A DNA stretch of 64,000 bases from Azolla caroliniana (Eukaryota; Plantae; Polypodiophyta), in NCBI GenBank assembly GCA_043228905.1, contig JBHGNT010000005.1, forward strand, positions 8,990,001 through 9,054,000. The letters run 5' to 3'. Shown one piece after another: positions 1-13,019 of this stretch; the stretch's first letter is position 1; each line of letters begins with the position of its first letter. The notes beneath the pieces are model-generated. The model saw only the letters and a list, made by a program, of their open reading frames with translations. It was not told the origin of the DNA and searched no databases. The position numbers and the translations under genes are program-made.

Positions 1-580
1 GTCGGGACGAAGAATCCCATGTAAATCGGGATTTATCCCACATCGTAACGCATCCCTCTCCTTGTTCTATAAAAGGAAGGGATGGTCCCTTGTAGAAGGG
101 TTGCCCATTTTGAGTTAGGAGGGTATACCGTTAGGTTTAGTATTCCGTTTATCTTTTCTTCTTCTTCTTCTTCTTCTTCTTCCCCTTCGTGTTTGCTTAG
201 GGTTTGCTTCCGCTCGGCCTCCTGTGCAAGACCCCGCTCGGCGCGACGAGCCCCAGAGCTCCCCGACGGCGGCTTGGCAGCAGACGACTGCTATAACCTA
301 CCTTGGTCTGGCTTGAAGTCGGGGATGTATTCTTTTTCCCTTGTAATATACATATTTGCATCTGTCTGTGCATATCGGTGTATTTGGTGGTGTCGGAAGC
401 ACAACCCCTTGCTTCCTATGCATAAGAGTCGATGTCACGCGCACGCTCTCCCTCTCCTTTGTCTCTCTCTCTCGCGTTCGGTTGCCTCCAGAACACGTCC
501 GCAGTCGGTTTCTCAGCACCCCTTTTCTCCCTAGTCCGAGACCCCTGTGGTCCCCCCCTTCTGCACGCACGCGCATAACA
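1..580 (+). mobile_element. Right part of an LTR from an element extending left of the window, inserted into the RT of gypsy A
   Basis: TATAAAAG at ~68, pyrimidine tracts, ends ...GCGCATAACA at 580; RT coding sequence (TPATFQQIIMEIF) resumes abruptly afterwards. The other end and TSD are not visible. Confidence 0.6.
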
Positions 581-1346
581 ACGCGACACCGGCAACCTTC
601 CAACAAATCATCATGGAGATTTTCAGAGAATTCATTCTGGCATTCATGCAGGTGTTCCTGGACAACTTTGTTGTTTATAGCCGGGAAGGGGATCACCTTC
701 AGCACCTCCAACTATGTCTGGAGAAATGTAGGGTTTACCAATTAAGCCTTAACCCGGCAAAATGCGTGTTCGGAGAGTCCAACGGAGCGTTACTTGGCCA
801 CATCGTGAGCAAGGACCGTATTATAGTGGATCCAGACAAGGTCAAAGCTATTTTGGACACACCAGCACCAACCACAGCAAAGGCATTAAGCCGGTTCTTA
901 GGACAAATTCGGTGGCATAGCCGAATGCTCCGGTATCTGGCAGACCCGGCTACACCATTGCATGCCATGGTAAATCGGACACCGTTCCAATGGACGGACA
1001 CAGAAGACAAGGCTTACCGGGCACTAAAAGTAGTATTGTCACAAGCGCCGGTGGTGCAACCTCCGGATTGGTCTAAAGAGTTCCATGTGTTCGTTGACGC
1101 GTCCGACATCGCAATCGGGAGCGCGCTTATGCAACTTACAGAACCTAAGTGGTACCGGCCAATGTATTATGCCAGCCGGAAGCTGTCCCAAGCAGAACGT
1201 AATTATTCCACAACAGAAAGAGAGGCCTTGGGCATTATCTACAGTGTCACCAAGTTTAGACACTATCTGTTGGGAAGGAAATTTTCCTTTCACATAGATC
1301 ATTCGACGCTCCTCTATTTGGTGTCCAAAGCATCACTCACCGGTAT
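581..1346 (+). pseudogene. Element A RT C-terminal half and RNase H
   Basis: FLDNF, LNPAKCVFG, FVDASD, NYSTTEREAL motifs in ORF 547..1383; close match to ORF 9468..11717. Confidence 0.92.
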
Positions 1347-1801
1347 TATTATAGATCTAGGTACTAAAGTAAGCTTAAGATAAGGATAAAGTAATGATAG
1401 ATAGAAAGGAGAAAGAGAAAGAAGGGTGCCGATCCACCCGACCACCCCCGAGCGAAGGGATCGAGATGGACTCGAGCCTCGATCGGCGTCCCATACCACC
1501 GCCGTGGCGTCGAGTCGTACCTGGTGCTGGCGCGCTCGCTACAAGAGTTCACCCACCACAAGAGCAGAGTCTCGATGTAGTCAAAAGATGATCAAATGAG
1601 GGTAGCTAGGCCTCTTATTTATAGCGACACCCAAGGCCCCCAGGCAAGTTCACACTTGACCTAATGGGTTGTCTCAATCTCGAGGATTAAAAGTAATCCT
1701 CCCCTTCTTTACACTCTCGTTTAACCCTCACACTTATCCACGTGTATAGAATACTACGGTAAATTCTCACCACGAAATATTAAATTGTCATGCTCGTAAC
1801 A
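1347..1801 (-). repeat. 3' LTR of element B
   Basis: Direct repeat of 23441-23895, about 16 differences by eye; PPT adjacent. Confidence 0.95.
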
Positions 1802-2924
1802 TACTCCCCCTCTTTAAAACATTGCACTCTTGCAATGGAAAGTTAGGGAAATTAGTTCTGAGAGTATTTTCGCGTTCCCATGTGGCATCTTTTATTGATT
1901 TATCCATCCATTTTATTTTAAATTCTCGGATTTCTTTAGTACGTAATTTTTTTGTTTTAATATCGAGAATTCTTTCTGGTACATGTGGTTTAGAAGATAA
2001 TTCTTCAGAAGTAACCAGAGTTTCAGTTGTAACTATATTGTCGCCAGAACCTAGAAGTTCTTTTAGATGACTCACATGGAAGACTGGATGAATTCCAACA
2101 CCATCGGGAAGAGCAAGACGGTAGGCTGATGACCCAATGCATTTGAGGACTGTAAAAGGTCCACAAAACCGTGGGGCTAACTTAGCACACTTACCCATAG
2201 ACAATGTCTTAGAATTGTGAGGTACACGTAAAAATACCTTCTGTCCAGGGTTGAATACACGAGGTTGCCTATGATGATCGGCATAAAAACGCGCTCTATC
2301 TTGAGCTGCTTTTATATTATCTCATGCAATATGCAACATATCTTGCATATCCCGAAGAAAGTTTTGCGTACTTCGTAACTCATCATGATGTATATTAACA
2401 TCAATCGGGGCTCGTGGCTGAAAGCCATACATCAACATAAAAGGACTATATCCCGTCGACGTATGCTTGGAGCTGTTATAAGCAAACTCCAAAATTGGGA
2501 GATAACGTTCCCATTTTGTTGGTTTTGCAACAACGTATGCTCGAAGCATGTCCTCAATAATTTGATTTACTCGTTCTGTCTGTCCATCGGATTGAGGATG
2601 ATCCGTGGAGCTCATGCTCAACGTAGTTTCTAACTTCTTAAAGACTTGCGTCCAGAAGTCACTAGTAAACTTTGGATCTTGATCACTCACGATATCCATC
2701 AGTAACCCATAAAAACGAAATAATTCGTCAACGAATTGGTAAGCCAATTCAGGAGCTGTTACCGTGGTTTTAGTAGCAATAAATCTGGCCATTTTAGTTA
2801 GTCGATCAACGACAACCCAGATGGCATCATGACCTTTTTGGGTGCGAGGAAGGCTAACAATAAAATCCATGGATATACTTTCCCACTTATTATTGGGAAT
2901 GTCCAAGGGATGTAAAAGTCCTGC
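1788..2924 (-). pseudogene. Element B integrase core, GPF region and chromodomain
   Basis: WESISMDF, VVVDRLTK, IVSDQD, SDGQTERVN, LAPRFCGPF and PERILD…FKIKW…DATWE; an in-frame stop splits ORFs 2322..2960 and 1788..2204. Confidence 0.93.
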
Positions 2925-3996
2925 GAAGATCTCAAAATGTGAGTTCTTCAAGAAATCCATTACTTATCTTGGACATCTCATAACCGAACGAGGAGTTGAA
3001 ATTGATCCTTATCGCATTGAGAAAATCAAGCTTTGGCCCACTCTTCGGAATATTCGAGAAGTTCGATCATTCCTTGGTTTTGTCAGGTTTTTGCGAAAGA
3101 CTCTTCGTAATTACTCCCAATTGATGACGCCGTTTACTGATCTTTTAAAAGGTCAAACGCGTAAGTCTACAAAACCTATTGTGTGGAATGCTACAGTAGA
3201 CCTCGCCTTTAAGGAACTCAAGGACCTGGTTTGCAAGGCTCCTTCACTTCTTTTACCTGATCCTTCAAAACCTTTTGAGGTTGAAACCGATGCAAGCGAT
3301 TATGCTATAGATGTTGTCTTGTATCAAGATGGTAAACCAATAGCATTCGAGAGTAAGAAACTTGATTCTGCTCAATGTCGGTATACCATTCAAGAAAAGG
3401 AATTATTTGTAGTTATACATGCGCTCAAAACATGGCGCCATTATCTTTATGGAAATCGCTTTGTGGTAACTACGGACCACGGGTCCTTGAAATATTTTTG
3501 TGACCAACAAGACCTGAAAGGTCGTAAGGCACGATGGGCTGATCTCATCCAAGACTTTGATTTTTCCATACAATATCGTAAAGGTTCCATGAACACTGTC
3601 GTTGATGCACTAAGTCGCATCCGTGAAGTTAACACGCTTAGCTTCACTGAAATAACATCAGATCTTTATGATCACCTTCGAGGAAAGTATCCTGATGACA
3701 GTTATTTCGCAAAATATTGGGCAAGAGTTGAGTCTGGAACAAACACCACCACATCCTCGAAGGAATACTTCCACATTGCTAACGGTTTGCTCTACCGTAA
3801 TGGGAAGCTTTGTGTTCCAGATTTACCCGAGGTCAAAAAGAGGATTCTTTTTGAATGCCATGATGCACCCTCAACAGGGCACCCTGGAATACATCGTACA
3901 CTCGTTCTCATCTCCACTCAATTTTATTGGCCTAAGATGCGTCCTGACATACATAGCTATGTGACTAAATATCACCAGTGTCAGGTTAACAAAGCT
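2923..3996 (+). pseudogene. Inverted segment of element B pol: RT end, RNase H and integrase HHCC region
   Basis: KCEFFKKSITYLGH, VETDASD, YTIQEKEL, HDAPSTGHPG…QCQVNKA on the + strand while the rest of B is on the - strand. Confidence 0.92.
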
Positions 3997-4131
3997 ACGG
4001 GCATGACCATTTAATATCCCGTGGTGAGAATTTACCGTAGTATTCTATACACGTGGATAAGTGTGAGGGTTAAACGAGAGTGTAAAGAAGGGGAGGATTA
4101 CTTTTAATCCTCGGGATTGAGACAACCCATC
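3996..4131 (+). repeat. Internal inverted fragment (~135 bp) of element B's own LTR 5' end
   Basis: Reverse complement of ~23757-23892 and ~1663-1798. Confidence 0.92.
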
Positions 4132-5172
4132 AGGTAGTTCACTTGGAAAAACATCATGAAAATCATTTAAGATTTCATCAAGTTGTTGTTGTTCAAAATA
4201 TGTTAATTGAACCGAGACATTATCGATATTATAAACGTGAATGTCCGGATCAAGTACACAATAAAATAGAGTAGAACAAGACAACTCAGATATTGATGGA
4301 CACGAGGAAACAATCGAGAGGGATTGTTTTTTAACACATTGAATAAAATGCGTACTATCGTTCAGTACAAAAGAAATGGAATGGCGAACCCAATCTATAA
4401 ATAAAGAAGAGTTTTTATTATAAAACCAGGGATAACCCAGTATTACATTGGTGGTACAAAGATTCATTACATGGAAGTCTACTTCCTCTATATAAGTATC
4501 AATAGAAATTCCTAATGAATGAATCGCCCCGTTGATGTATTGTACTCTTCCATCAGCAAAGTGCACCGTGTAGGTGTGATCACTTACGGTTGGTTGGATT
4601 CCCCATATCTGAACCAAACGATCATTCACAAAATTGTGTGAGCTTCCCGAATCAAATAAAAATTGTACGGGAGATCCATTGATATACCCGTTTGCACATA
4701 GTAAATCATTGGGACCCAATACATAGTGAGGGAAAGAACATTGACAATTACTTAAATGATGTGTATAGACCTGAAGGACATTAGGAATCTGACCTTTATG
4801 GTCTATAGCTTTAGCTTTGTTGTCGTGCTCTTTCCGTTGGAGCTTTCGACATTGATCTTTTGTATGACCCTTCTTTTTGCAGAATACGCAAAAAGGATGT
4901 TATCGCTTACAATCGTGATCCAGGAATTCGTTGGGTGTCTTGCGTTTCCCAACAAATTGTGATTGCTTAGTCCCAGGCGCTTCGTTGGGTTTGTTGTGGT
5001 CCTTCTTTGAAGTGCGTTGATAGCGAAGAACTATTTCAATGGCCTCTTCGAAGGATTTTGGATCCTTATCGTGCACTATCCAGTGATAGTCCGAATTGGG
5101 GATGCCATTGACAAAACAAGCTATCAACCAATTGTCCCCTTCTAGACCTGATTTTTGGATTTGGGTTCTAGC
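4125..5172 (-). pseudogene. Element B gag C-terminus (zinc knuckle), aspartic protease and start of RT
   Basis: CVFCKKKGHTKDQC knuckle at ~4848-4890, LFDSGSSHNF protease motif, FHDVFPSELPDGL. Confidence 0.88.
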
Positions 5173-5691
5173 TGTTGAGAAGCAAGCTCAACATGGTATG
5201 TGATGCTTATTAGGAAATAAGCTATAGTAGCTATTTAGCTACTTGTGAACATAAAGGAGAAACAACTAATTAGCTACTGACAGCTATTTAGCGACTGATA
5301 GCTAATTAGTTACTAACAGCTATTTAGCGACTGACAGCTATTTAGCTACTGACAGCTATTTAGCGACTGACAGCTAATTAGCTGCATACGTAAGTAACTT
5401 ATTACTTAGGTAAAAAGTAAGAGAGTAGGTAAGTAAGAAAGAAATACAAGAAGTAGAACTCTGAGAGAGAGTGAAGATAGAGAGGTAGAACTCAGAGAGT
5501 GAGAGCAAAAGAGAGAAACAGACGAGAGCAAGTAGAGCTCCGTGGTAATGAAATAGAAGAAGTTTTGGCTGCTACAGAGGTAAGTCTCCTTCCCCCTTCC
5601 CTTCTGTGTTTGAGCACCAAACGATCCAGCACACCACGATCCGTCGCGCACATAAGAAGAGCCCGAGTGCCTTCTTCACGTTTTCTTAACA
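5173..5691 (+). repeat. 5' LTR of copia C (519 bp) with six 18-bp tandem units
   Basis: Unit GC(T/G)ACTGACAGCTA(T/A)TTA; matches 20635-21191. Confidence 0.96.
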
Positions 5692-5830
5692 TGGTATCAT
5701 AGCAGAGTTGCTCATAAAGAAGAGTACAAAAGTGCATAGATCTGAGAAAGGTATTTCTCTATTTGCTGATCTGAATCAGAAAGTTACTTGTTGAAGTAAT
5801 CGTAGCAGAAACCCTTGTTTGGAAGAGATA

Positions 5831-6330
5831 ATGGCTGCAGAGAATGTGGGTCAAATAGTTACAGAGAAACTAGATAAAAACAATTTCCCGGCGTGGAAAT
5901 TTAGAATGACAGATTTCCTAATGGGGAAAGGATACTGGGATTACATTGAAGGAGACCTAGAAGAGGCTCCGGAGATCCCAGAAGAAAATGCCACAGCAGC
6001 ACAGATTAAAGCATTCAAAGACTGGAATCAAGGGGCAAGGAAGGTAATGCATTGGCTCTCACTTAGCATCTCAGATTCGATGCTTGGGCACATACAGGAT
6101 GCTATGCTCCCAAAAGAAGCTTGGGACAATTTGGTAAAACTATTTGCAGTAAACACAAAAGCTAGAAAGCTACATTTGAAGACTGAGCTAAATACCTTAG
6201 AAAAAGGTAAGATGTCAATAAATGAGTATGCCTTGAAAATAAAGAGCATATGTGAATCACTTGCTTCTATCAATGTAAAGATAGAAGATGATGATAAGGT
6301 AGAAATATGCTTAAGAGGCTTAGGACCTCA
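5831..6330 (+). pseudogene. Copia C gag, N-terminal part
   Basis: EKLDKNNFPAWKFRM…PKEAWDNL…CLRGLGP; continues as (Q)FKSFKTSM after 16765. Confidence 0.92.
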
Positions 6331-6646
6331 TATCGACTCGACCAGTCGAGACCGGAGAAAGCGACACCGGTAACAGAACAGAGCCAGGAACGGAGGGAGA
6401 ACAGGAAGAACCCGGACGAAGCGGTGAGGAAGCACCGGCACCACAGAATCAAGCAGAGCCGGAGCAGCAAATTTTTACGGAACAGCCCACCCAACCGGAG
6501 GTCGGAGACCAGGCAGGCAAGGAACAGGAACAGGAGGAAGGAGCACCACTTGACACCATCGAGCAGAGTGTGCTCGATATTTTGGAGGAAGACTGAGGCC
6601 GGGAGTGGATTCGAAGTGCAAGGCACTTTCCCACGGGCGTGCCATG

Positions 6647-7034
6647 TGTTGGCCGGTCAGAAGAGCAAGGACAAGTGGGAAGGCGGAATCGGATCGGATA
6701 ATAGGAAGTAAATAATAGTAGAATTATTATTCGGAGGGACGGATCCGGTACAGTTGTACCGATCCGGATCCGGACCGATTCGGATGTCGGTTGCCTAAGC
6801 GCACCGATTGTAACCTTGCCGGATGCCTATAAAAGGATCCGATGATTTGTAAAGGGGACGAAAAAGTAATACAATAGTAATTATTGCGTGTTTATCTGTA
6901 TCTCGTATTGTTTACCGTCTGTGCTTAATTGTAATCATCTTACACGTGTAACCTAGCATCCAATCCTTACCACCCCTTTGGAGAAGTGTCGGATAGACAC
7001 CTGTGTTGAGGCTAGTCCAGCCAGACAGACAACA
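6647..7034 (+). repeat. Canonical core of D 5' LTR (388 bp, TGTTG…CAACA)
   Basis: 5-bp terminal inverted repeat; start aligns with the true terminus of the related LTR of element E (TGTTACCCGGTCGG); TATAAAAG at ~6828. Confidence 0.8.
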
Positions 7035-7040
7035 CTATTT

Positions 7041-7050
7041 TGGCGACCAC
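7041..7050 (+). promoter_or_regulatory. Primer-binding site of D, probably tRNA-Arg type
   Basis: TGGCGACCAC 6 nt after the LTR end; resembles the complement of a plant tRNA-Arg 3' end as recalled, not searched. Confidence 0.6.
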
Positions 7051-7086
7051 GATTCCTGCAAAGTGCAGAGGACAACCGGGGGATGG

Positions 7087-10000
7087 ATGTCTAGACCAAA
7101 CAACGACCACATCACCGAACGAGGGAGACGATATACCGAACGCGAGCAACGACGGGAAGCCCTGCAGCAAGCCGTCGACGAGATCCGGCGGGATCGGTCA
7201 TTCTCCAAAACTCTTCGGAGAGTCGCAGAAGAAGCACTGCAGTTCCGGGTTCTGCAAATCCCCGACGAAGGCAGTAGCATAACAAGCCTGCAAGAGGCAG
7301 AAACGATACTGCAGACGCTCGCCGCGGGCGACGGGGACTCGGAAGCATTCGCAACACTTGAGGCGGAGTCGGAAAGCGACGGAAGCGTTGCGTCCCGGTA
7401 TAAAAGCAGCCACGACACACCAAACGACCGGGAGGACGAGGGGTCGGAAGACTCAGTAACACCGGCGCCAGAGGAAGAAATAACCCTGGAATTCGGTGAC
7501 CGGCAATCGCCGAGGAAGGCTGACCGGATACCGACAACAACCGCGAAGGAACTGAAGGAGCAGATACCGACAACACCCGCGGAGGAACCAACGGACCGGA
7601 CACCGGCAACACCCGCGGAGGAACCAAAGGTTCTCACACCAACGCCAACAGCGGACAGAGAGCGGAGGAAACAGGAGAGTCAGTTGGACGACACGATGCC
7701 GTACCCATACCCAAAGTATCGGGATGAGGCCGACGCGGAGGCACACGTGTACGCATTCCTCCAAACATGGGAAGCCAACCATATCTCCCAAAGACTGACG
7801 GAGCCCGAAGCCGAACGATCCAAAGTCGCCGAATTCAGCATAACCTTAGAAGGACCGGCGGCCCAATGGCACGCAAAGCACTTACCGGGCAGCTTTGCCA
7901 CATTCGATGCCTTGAAGGCCAGATTCCTCAGGCTTTTTTACAGAGAATTTGAGCAAAGGGAATTGGTCGGGCAGTTCTACACCACCCGGCAGGAAGAGAA
8001 CGAGACTGTGCCACAATTCATCATTCGGTTTCAGACCCTGCACAGCCAACTGACAAGAGCACCACCCGAAGACGAAGCCAAAGCAGTCTTTTTGGCCGCA
8101 CTGAAAGAGTCACTTCGAACAATGTGCGGAGTCCTTGATTTCCAAACCAGCACAATGGACCAAGTTATTGATCGGGTTTTAGAAATGGACAAGACTAGCC
8201 CCTTCTTGTCGATGGGGATGTTACACCGGGCACTCCCAAAGGAGGAAGACCTGAGGTTCCGACAGGCCTTACAATGTACAACATGCCTAAATTCGGGGCA
8301 CTCAACAGTAGACTGCACCCTGCGGACACAATGTGTGATCTGCAACTCTCGAGCCCATACAACGGACCGATGCGAATATAACCTATTAAATCGGCAGGCA
8401 GCACCGGTTCGACACATAGAACCGCGCAATCAGAACCCGGACGAGGATCGATTCCGGAGAGACGACCGCTACCAACGCGAACGTGGTAACAGATACGCTG
8501 ATAAAAGACGCGACAACTATGACCGAGAGGAGAGACGCAGAGATAGCTACCCCCGGGACCGGTACGACAGAGACGAATCCCCGGAATACGACCGACGCAG
8601 AGAAGAGAGGCAACAAGGATACGCTGATAGAAGACGCGACAACTATGACCGAGAGGAGAGACGCAGAGATAGCTACCCCCGGGACCGGTACGACCGAGAC
8701 GAATCCCCGGAATACGACCGACGCAGAGAAGAGAGGCGACAAGGGAACCGAAATTTTCGACGGAATCAGAAGCGTGGATTTTTCCGAAGAGAGGAACATC
8801 GGGAGGCAGCAAGGAATGACAACCCGGTATCGGTACCGGATAACCGAAAAACCGAAGACGACCGCCACAGCATACCCACCCTCCAAACCGGGGACAAAGG
8901 AGAAACGAGCAACAGTCACAAGGTGTACTGTTATTACTGCCGTAAGGAAGGCCATTATAGTAACCAATGCCCAAGCAAAACCAATGACAAGCAGCCGGAA
9001 GTCAACATGGTTACAGCCGAAATAACAGAACTACAGCAGGTCACAACCCGGTCAAAGGGAAAGACTGCCGAGTGGGAAGCCCAGGAGGCAATCAGAAAAC
9101 AAGCGGCACAATGGATCAAGGAGGCCAATGAACAGAATGCGGCAGAAGTAAGAGACCAAAATATGCCAAAAGACGAAGAAATCATACAGCCAAGAGAAAA
9201 CCCGACGTGGCAAGCGCTACAGGACTGTCAAATCATGCTGTCGTTAGCACGACTACTACAGTTAGTGCCACGATTTACGGCAGACCTACAGGCATCCGTC
9301 GGCAAACCGAAGCTGACGCCAGCACCGGCATTCTTCTCCAACCCGGAGGAAGGACCAGCGGTGGTCGATACAAGTAGCCCGGCGATCACGGCAATCGTGA
9401 AAGGAAAGGAAATTGCTGGAACGATTATTGACGGAGGCTCCGGGGTAAATGTCATCAGCCAATAGACATGCAACGACCTGGGCATCCGGGAATGGGAACC
9501 ATGCCCTTCTGGTTATGCATGGCGGATACGAGCTCAGTCCGACCGACCGGGCTTATCCGGGATTTGGAAGTAACGATCGGAGGCCACGTATTCCGGATAT
9601 CGGCCGTGGTGCTGCAGCTGAATGTACAAGGCGCGTACCCCCTACTGCTAGGAAGACCATGGCTGCAAACGGCGCATATCAAGCAGAACTGGCAAAAGAA
9701 CATGATCACATTCCGGCGAGGGAAAACAAAGGTACGAGTAACGACACAACCACGGGTGATCACCAGTAAGGAAGCAACTCCATTATATGCGGAAAGCATT
9801 AACATGTTGGAGGGATTACCGGACGAGGAAGTCGAGCGGTACCTCGAGGAACACCCACGAATCGTCCCACTATTTGAGGTGGATATCACGGCGGCAGTAG
9901 AACCGTACATTACGACGCCGGATGAACCGGACCAAGCGGCGATCCGGGAACTGCGACAAGCGCAGGAATCCCTAGAGAGGGAAATGACGATATCCCAGAG

Positions 10001-13000
10001 GGTAAAAGCATCCCAACTCGAGGAGGTGGACCTCGGCACAGCAGACAAGCCCCGACCGGTAAATGTTGCAAAGGAATTGCCGAAGGAAGAAAAGAAGGCA
10101 ATGGTAGCATTATTAACAGACTTCAAGGATGTGTTCGCGTGGTCGTACGAAGACATGCGAGGGCTGGACCCCCAGCTCTATCAGCACCAAATTCACCTAA
10201 GTACGGACGCGAAACCGATCGCTCAACGCAGGTACCGGATGAATCCGAATTATGCGGCAAAGGTGAAGGAGGAAATTGATAAGCTCCTCCGGGTTGGATT
10301 TATCCGACCGGTCAAGCAGGCAACTTGGCTGAGTCCGATAGTGGTGGTCCCGAAAAAGAACGGAAAAATCCGGGTATGCGTGGACTACCGAAAACTAAAT
10401 GCCGCAACAGTGACCAATGCGTTTCCACTACCATTTACGGATGGGGTGTTAGATGCGGTAGCCGGCCACGAAGTTTACAGCTTCCTGGATGGATTTAGCG
10501 GCTACAACCAAATACGAATGAACCCGGCCGACCAAGAGAAGACAGCGTTCGTGACGGAATGGGGAGTGTTCGTCGCGGTCGTGATGATGTTCGGACTAAA
10601 GACGGCTCCAGCGACCTTTCAAAGGATAATAATGGAAATTTTCGGGGAATATATCCCCGGTTTTATGCAGGTCTTCCTTGACGATTTCGCGGTCTACAGC
10701 CGGCACGGAGAGCATCTCGATCACCTCCGGCTGTGCTTGGAGAAGTGCCGCGAGTACCGATTGAGCCTGAACCCGGCCAAGTGCGTCTTTGGAGTGGCAA
10801 GCGGCAACTTGCTAGGGCACGTGGTGAGTAAGGAAGGAATCGCGGTAGATCCGGATAAAGTCAAGGCGATTCTCGAGGCACCAGCACCAAGTAACGCAAA
10901 GGCTTTAAGCCGGTTCCTGGGCCAAATAAGGTGGCATAGCCGGATGATACGGCACCTCGCGGACTTCGCTACACCGTTACATACCGCCGTACATAGGGTA
11001 CCCTTCCTATGGGCGGAGACGGAGGAGGAATCCTACAAAGCGTTGAAGGTTATGCTGTCGCAAGCCCCGGTGGTGCAACTACCGGATTGGAGTAAAAGCT
11101 TTCACGTCTTCGTCGACGCGTCGGACGTAGCAATCGGCAGCGTTCTGATGCAACTCACGGAGCCGAAATGGTACCGACCGGTGTACTACGCAAGCCGGAA
11201 ACTCTCAAAAGCCGAACGGAATTACTCTACGACGGAACGCGAGGCATTGGGAATGGTGTATAATGTCACAAAGTACAGGCACTATCTGCTCGGAAGGAAG
11301 TTTTCCTTCCATGTCGACCATTCGGCACTACTCTACCTGGTCTCGAAGGCATCCCTGACGGGAAAAATTGCACGGTGGACACTGCTGCTACAGGAATTTG
11401 AATTCGACATTTTCCACCGACCCGGGGCGCAGCATGCAGTAGCGGACTACCTAAGCAGACTCGAATCCGGAGAAGCAGGGGACGGCGTCCAGGATGAGTT
11501 TCCCGACGCCGAATTGTTCCGGATCACGACGAAACCGGCAACGGATACAACGGTAGCCGATGAAGACACATGGCTAACTGAGATGCATCAGTTCCTGAGC
11601 ACCGGAATTCCCCCGGAGAACATGGACCGCGATGAAAGGAAAAGGGTAGCAGTAAGAAGTAAACATTTCTGCTTGGTTGGAGACACCCTCTATCACAAGG
11701 GGGCAGATGGTATCTAGAGACGAGCAATGCGGAGCGATGAGAAGGATCTAATCCTCAGGGAAGCCCACTGTGGAATTGCCGGCGGGCATTATGCCGGCGA
11801 CGCAACCGCTCGGAAAATATGGCAGAGCGGACTGTGGTGGCCGACCACCCTAAAAGATGCCGTGAAGTATAGCAGAGAATGCGATTTGTGTCAACGACTG
11901 GGCCAACCCACAGAGCAGGCCCGGATGCCACACCACCCGGTCTTGCCCTTAGAACCGTTTCAAAAGTGGGGGTTGGACTTTGTCGGTCCCTTCAAACCAC
12001 CGGCAATGCGAACCGGAAATCGGTATGTCATAGTGGCGACCGACTATTGCACCAAATGGGTAGAAGCAAAGGCCTTACGGGACAACACGGCCGCGTCCAC
12101 GGCAAAGTTTCTGTACGAGTGCATATGGTGCCGGTATGGATGCCCGATCGAGCTTATAAGTGACCAAGGAGGACATTTTCTCGGGCAGGTAGTAGAAAGC
12201 CTGACGTCATTTTACGCGGTGGTGCATAAAAAGAGTACTCCCTACTACCCTCAAGCCAATGGACTAGCGGAATCAACGAACAAAACTTTGCAGAACATCC
12301 TACGAAAAATCGTCAACGAGAACCGGACCGACTGGGATACGAAATTGCAAAGCACGCTATGGGCGTACCGAACAACGTACAAAACCAGCATCCGGACAAC
12401 CCCGTTCCGACTAGCATTCGGGTTAGAAGCGGTCATGCCGGTAGAGTTCCAGATCCCAAGCTTACGGATTCAGGTGAAGGAGCGCTTAAGTGAGAACGAG
12501 TCCGAACGAATCCGGCTGGCGACGTTGTTGGAATTAGAAGAAAACCGAATAGCCAGCTTACTACAACTCGAACTGGAGCAAAGGAGGAGAAAAGCTTTCG
12601 TGGACCGACACCGGCGTGGCAATGAAAAGGAGTTCGAAGTCGGGAAACCGGTGCTACTATTCCAGACACGGATGGGGAACATGCCGGGAAAGTTGCGGTT
12701 TCGATGGACCGGACCGTTCTGGATCACCAAGGAGTACAATGGGTCGTATCAGCTCGACACGTTGTCTGGAGATGTCATCGGCAAGTGGGCAAATGGATTT
12801 CGGCTAAAGCCGTATAAGGGAAATATGCCAGCCAACCCGTTCAAGCGAAACCCGGAAATCCGGCAAGATGAGGAACCGACACCGACAGACGCTGCTGAAG
12901 ATAGTCGGACCGAGGAAGAACCGACACCAATACTGACGAAGACTATCCCGGAAAACCGACAGAAGGATCCGGTATCCACACGAACCGACCCGAACAAATC

Positions 13001-13019
13001 GGGGGGGACCAGCAAATGA
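7087..13019 (+). pseudogene. Element D gag-pol with about three lesions (TAG 9463, frameshift ~9505, TAG 11715)
   Basis: Gag capsid region, three CCHC knuckles, IIDGGS protease, CVDYRKLN/FLDGFSGYNQI/FLDDF RT, RNase H, H-H-C-C and WGLDF…ISDQG…NGLAE integrase, WTGPF. Confidence 0.95.
8492..8743 (+). repeat. In-frame 126-bp tandem duplication in D gag (42-aa R/D/E-rich unit)
   Basis: YAD(K/R)RRDNYDREERRRDSYPRDRYDRDESPEYDRRREER(Q/R)QG occurs twice. Confidence 0.95.

Noticed and set aside
82-745. Short ORFs in the first 700 bp and in other LTRs as genes
   Set aside because: They lie in LTR or microsatellite sequence and translate to low-complexity peptides.
7035-8974. Long antisense and alternate-frame ORFs over D gag (e.g. 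8195..8974, 7035..7637)
   Set aside because: Shadow ORFs of GC-rich repetitive coding sequence with no motifs.
9460-9510. Programmed readthrough or frameshift between gag and pol in D
   Set aside because: The stop and shift fall inside the protease domain, and relative E has its lesion at a different codon; ordinary mutations are more likely.
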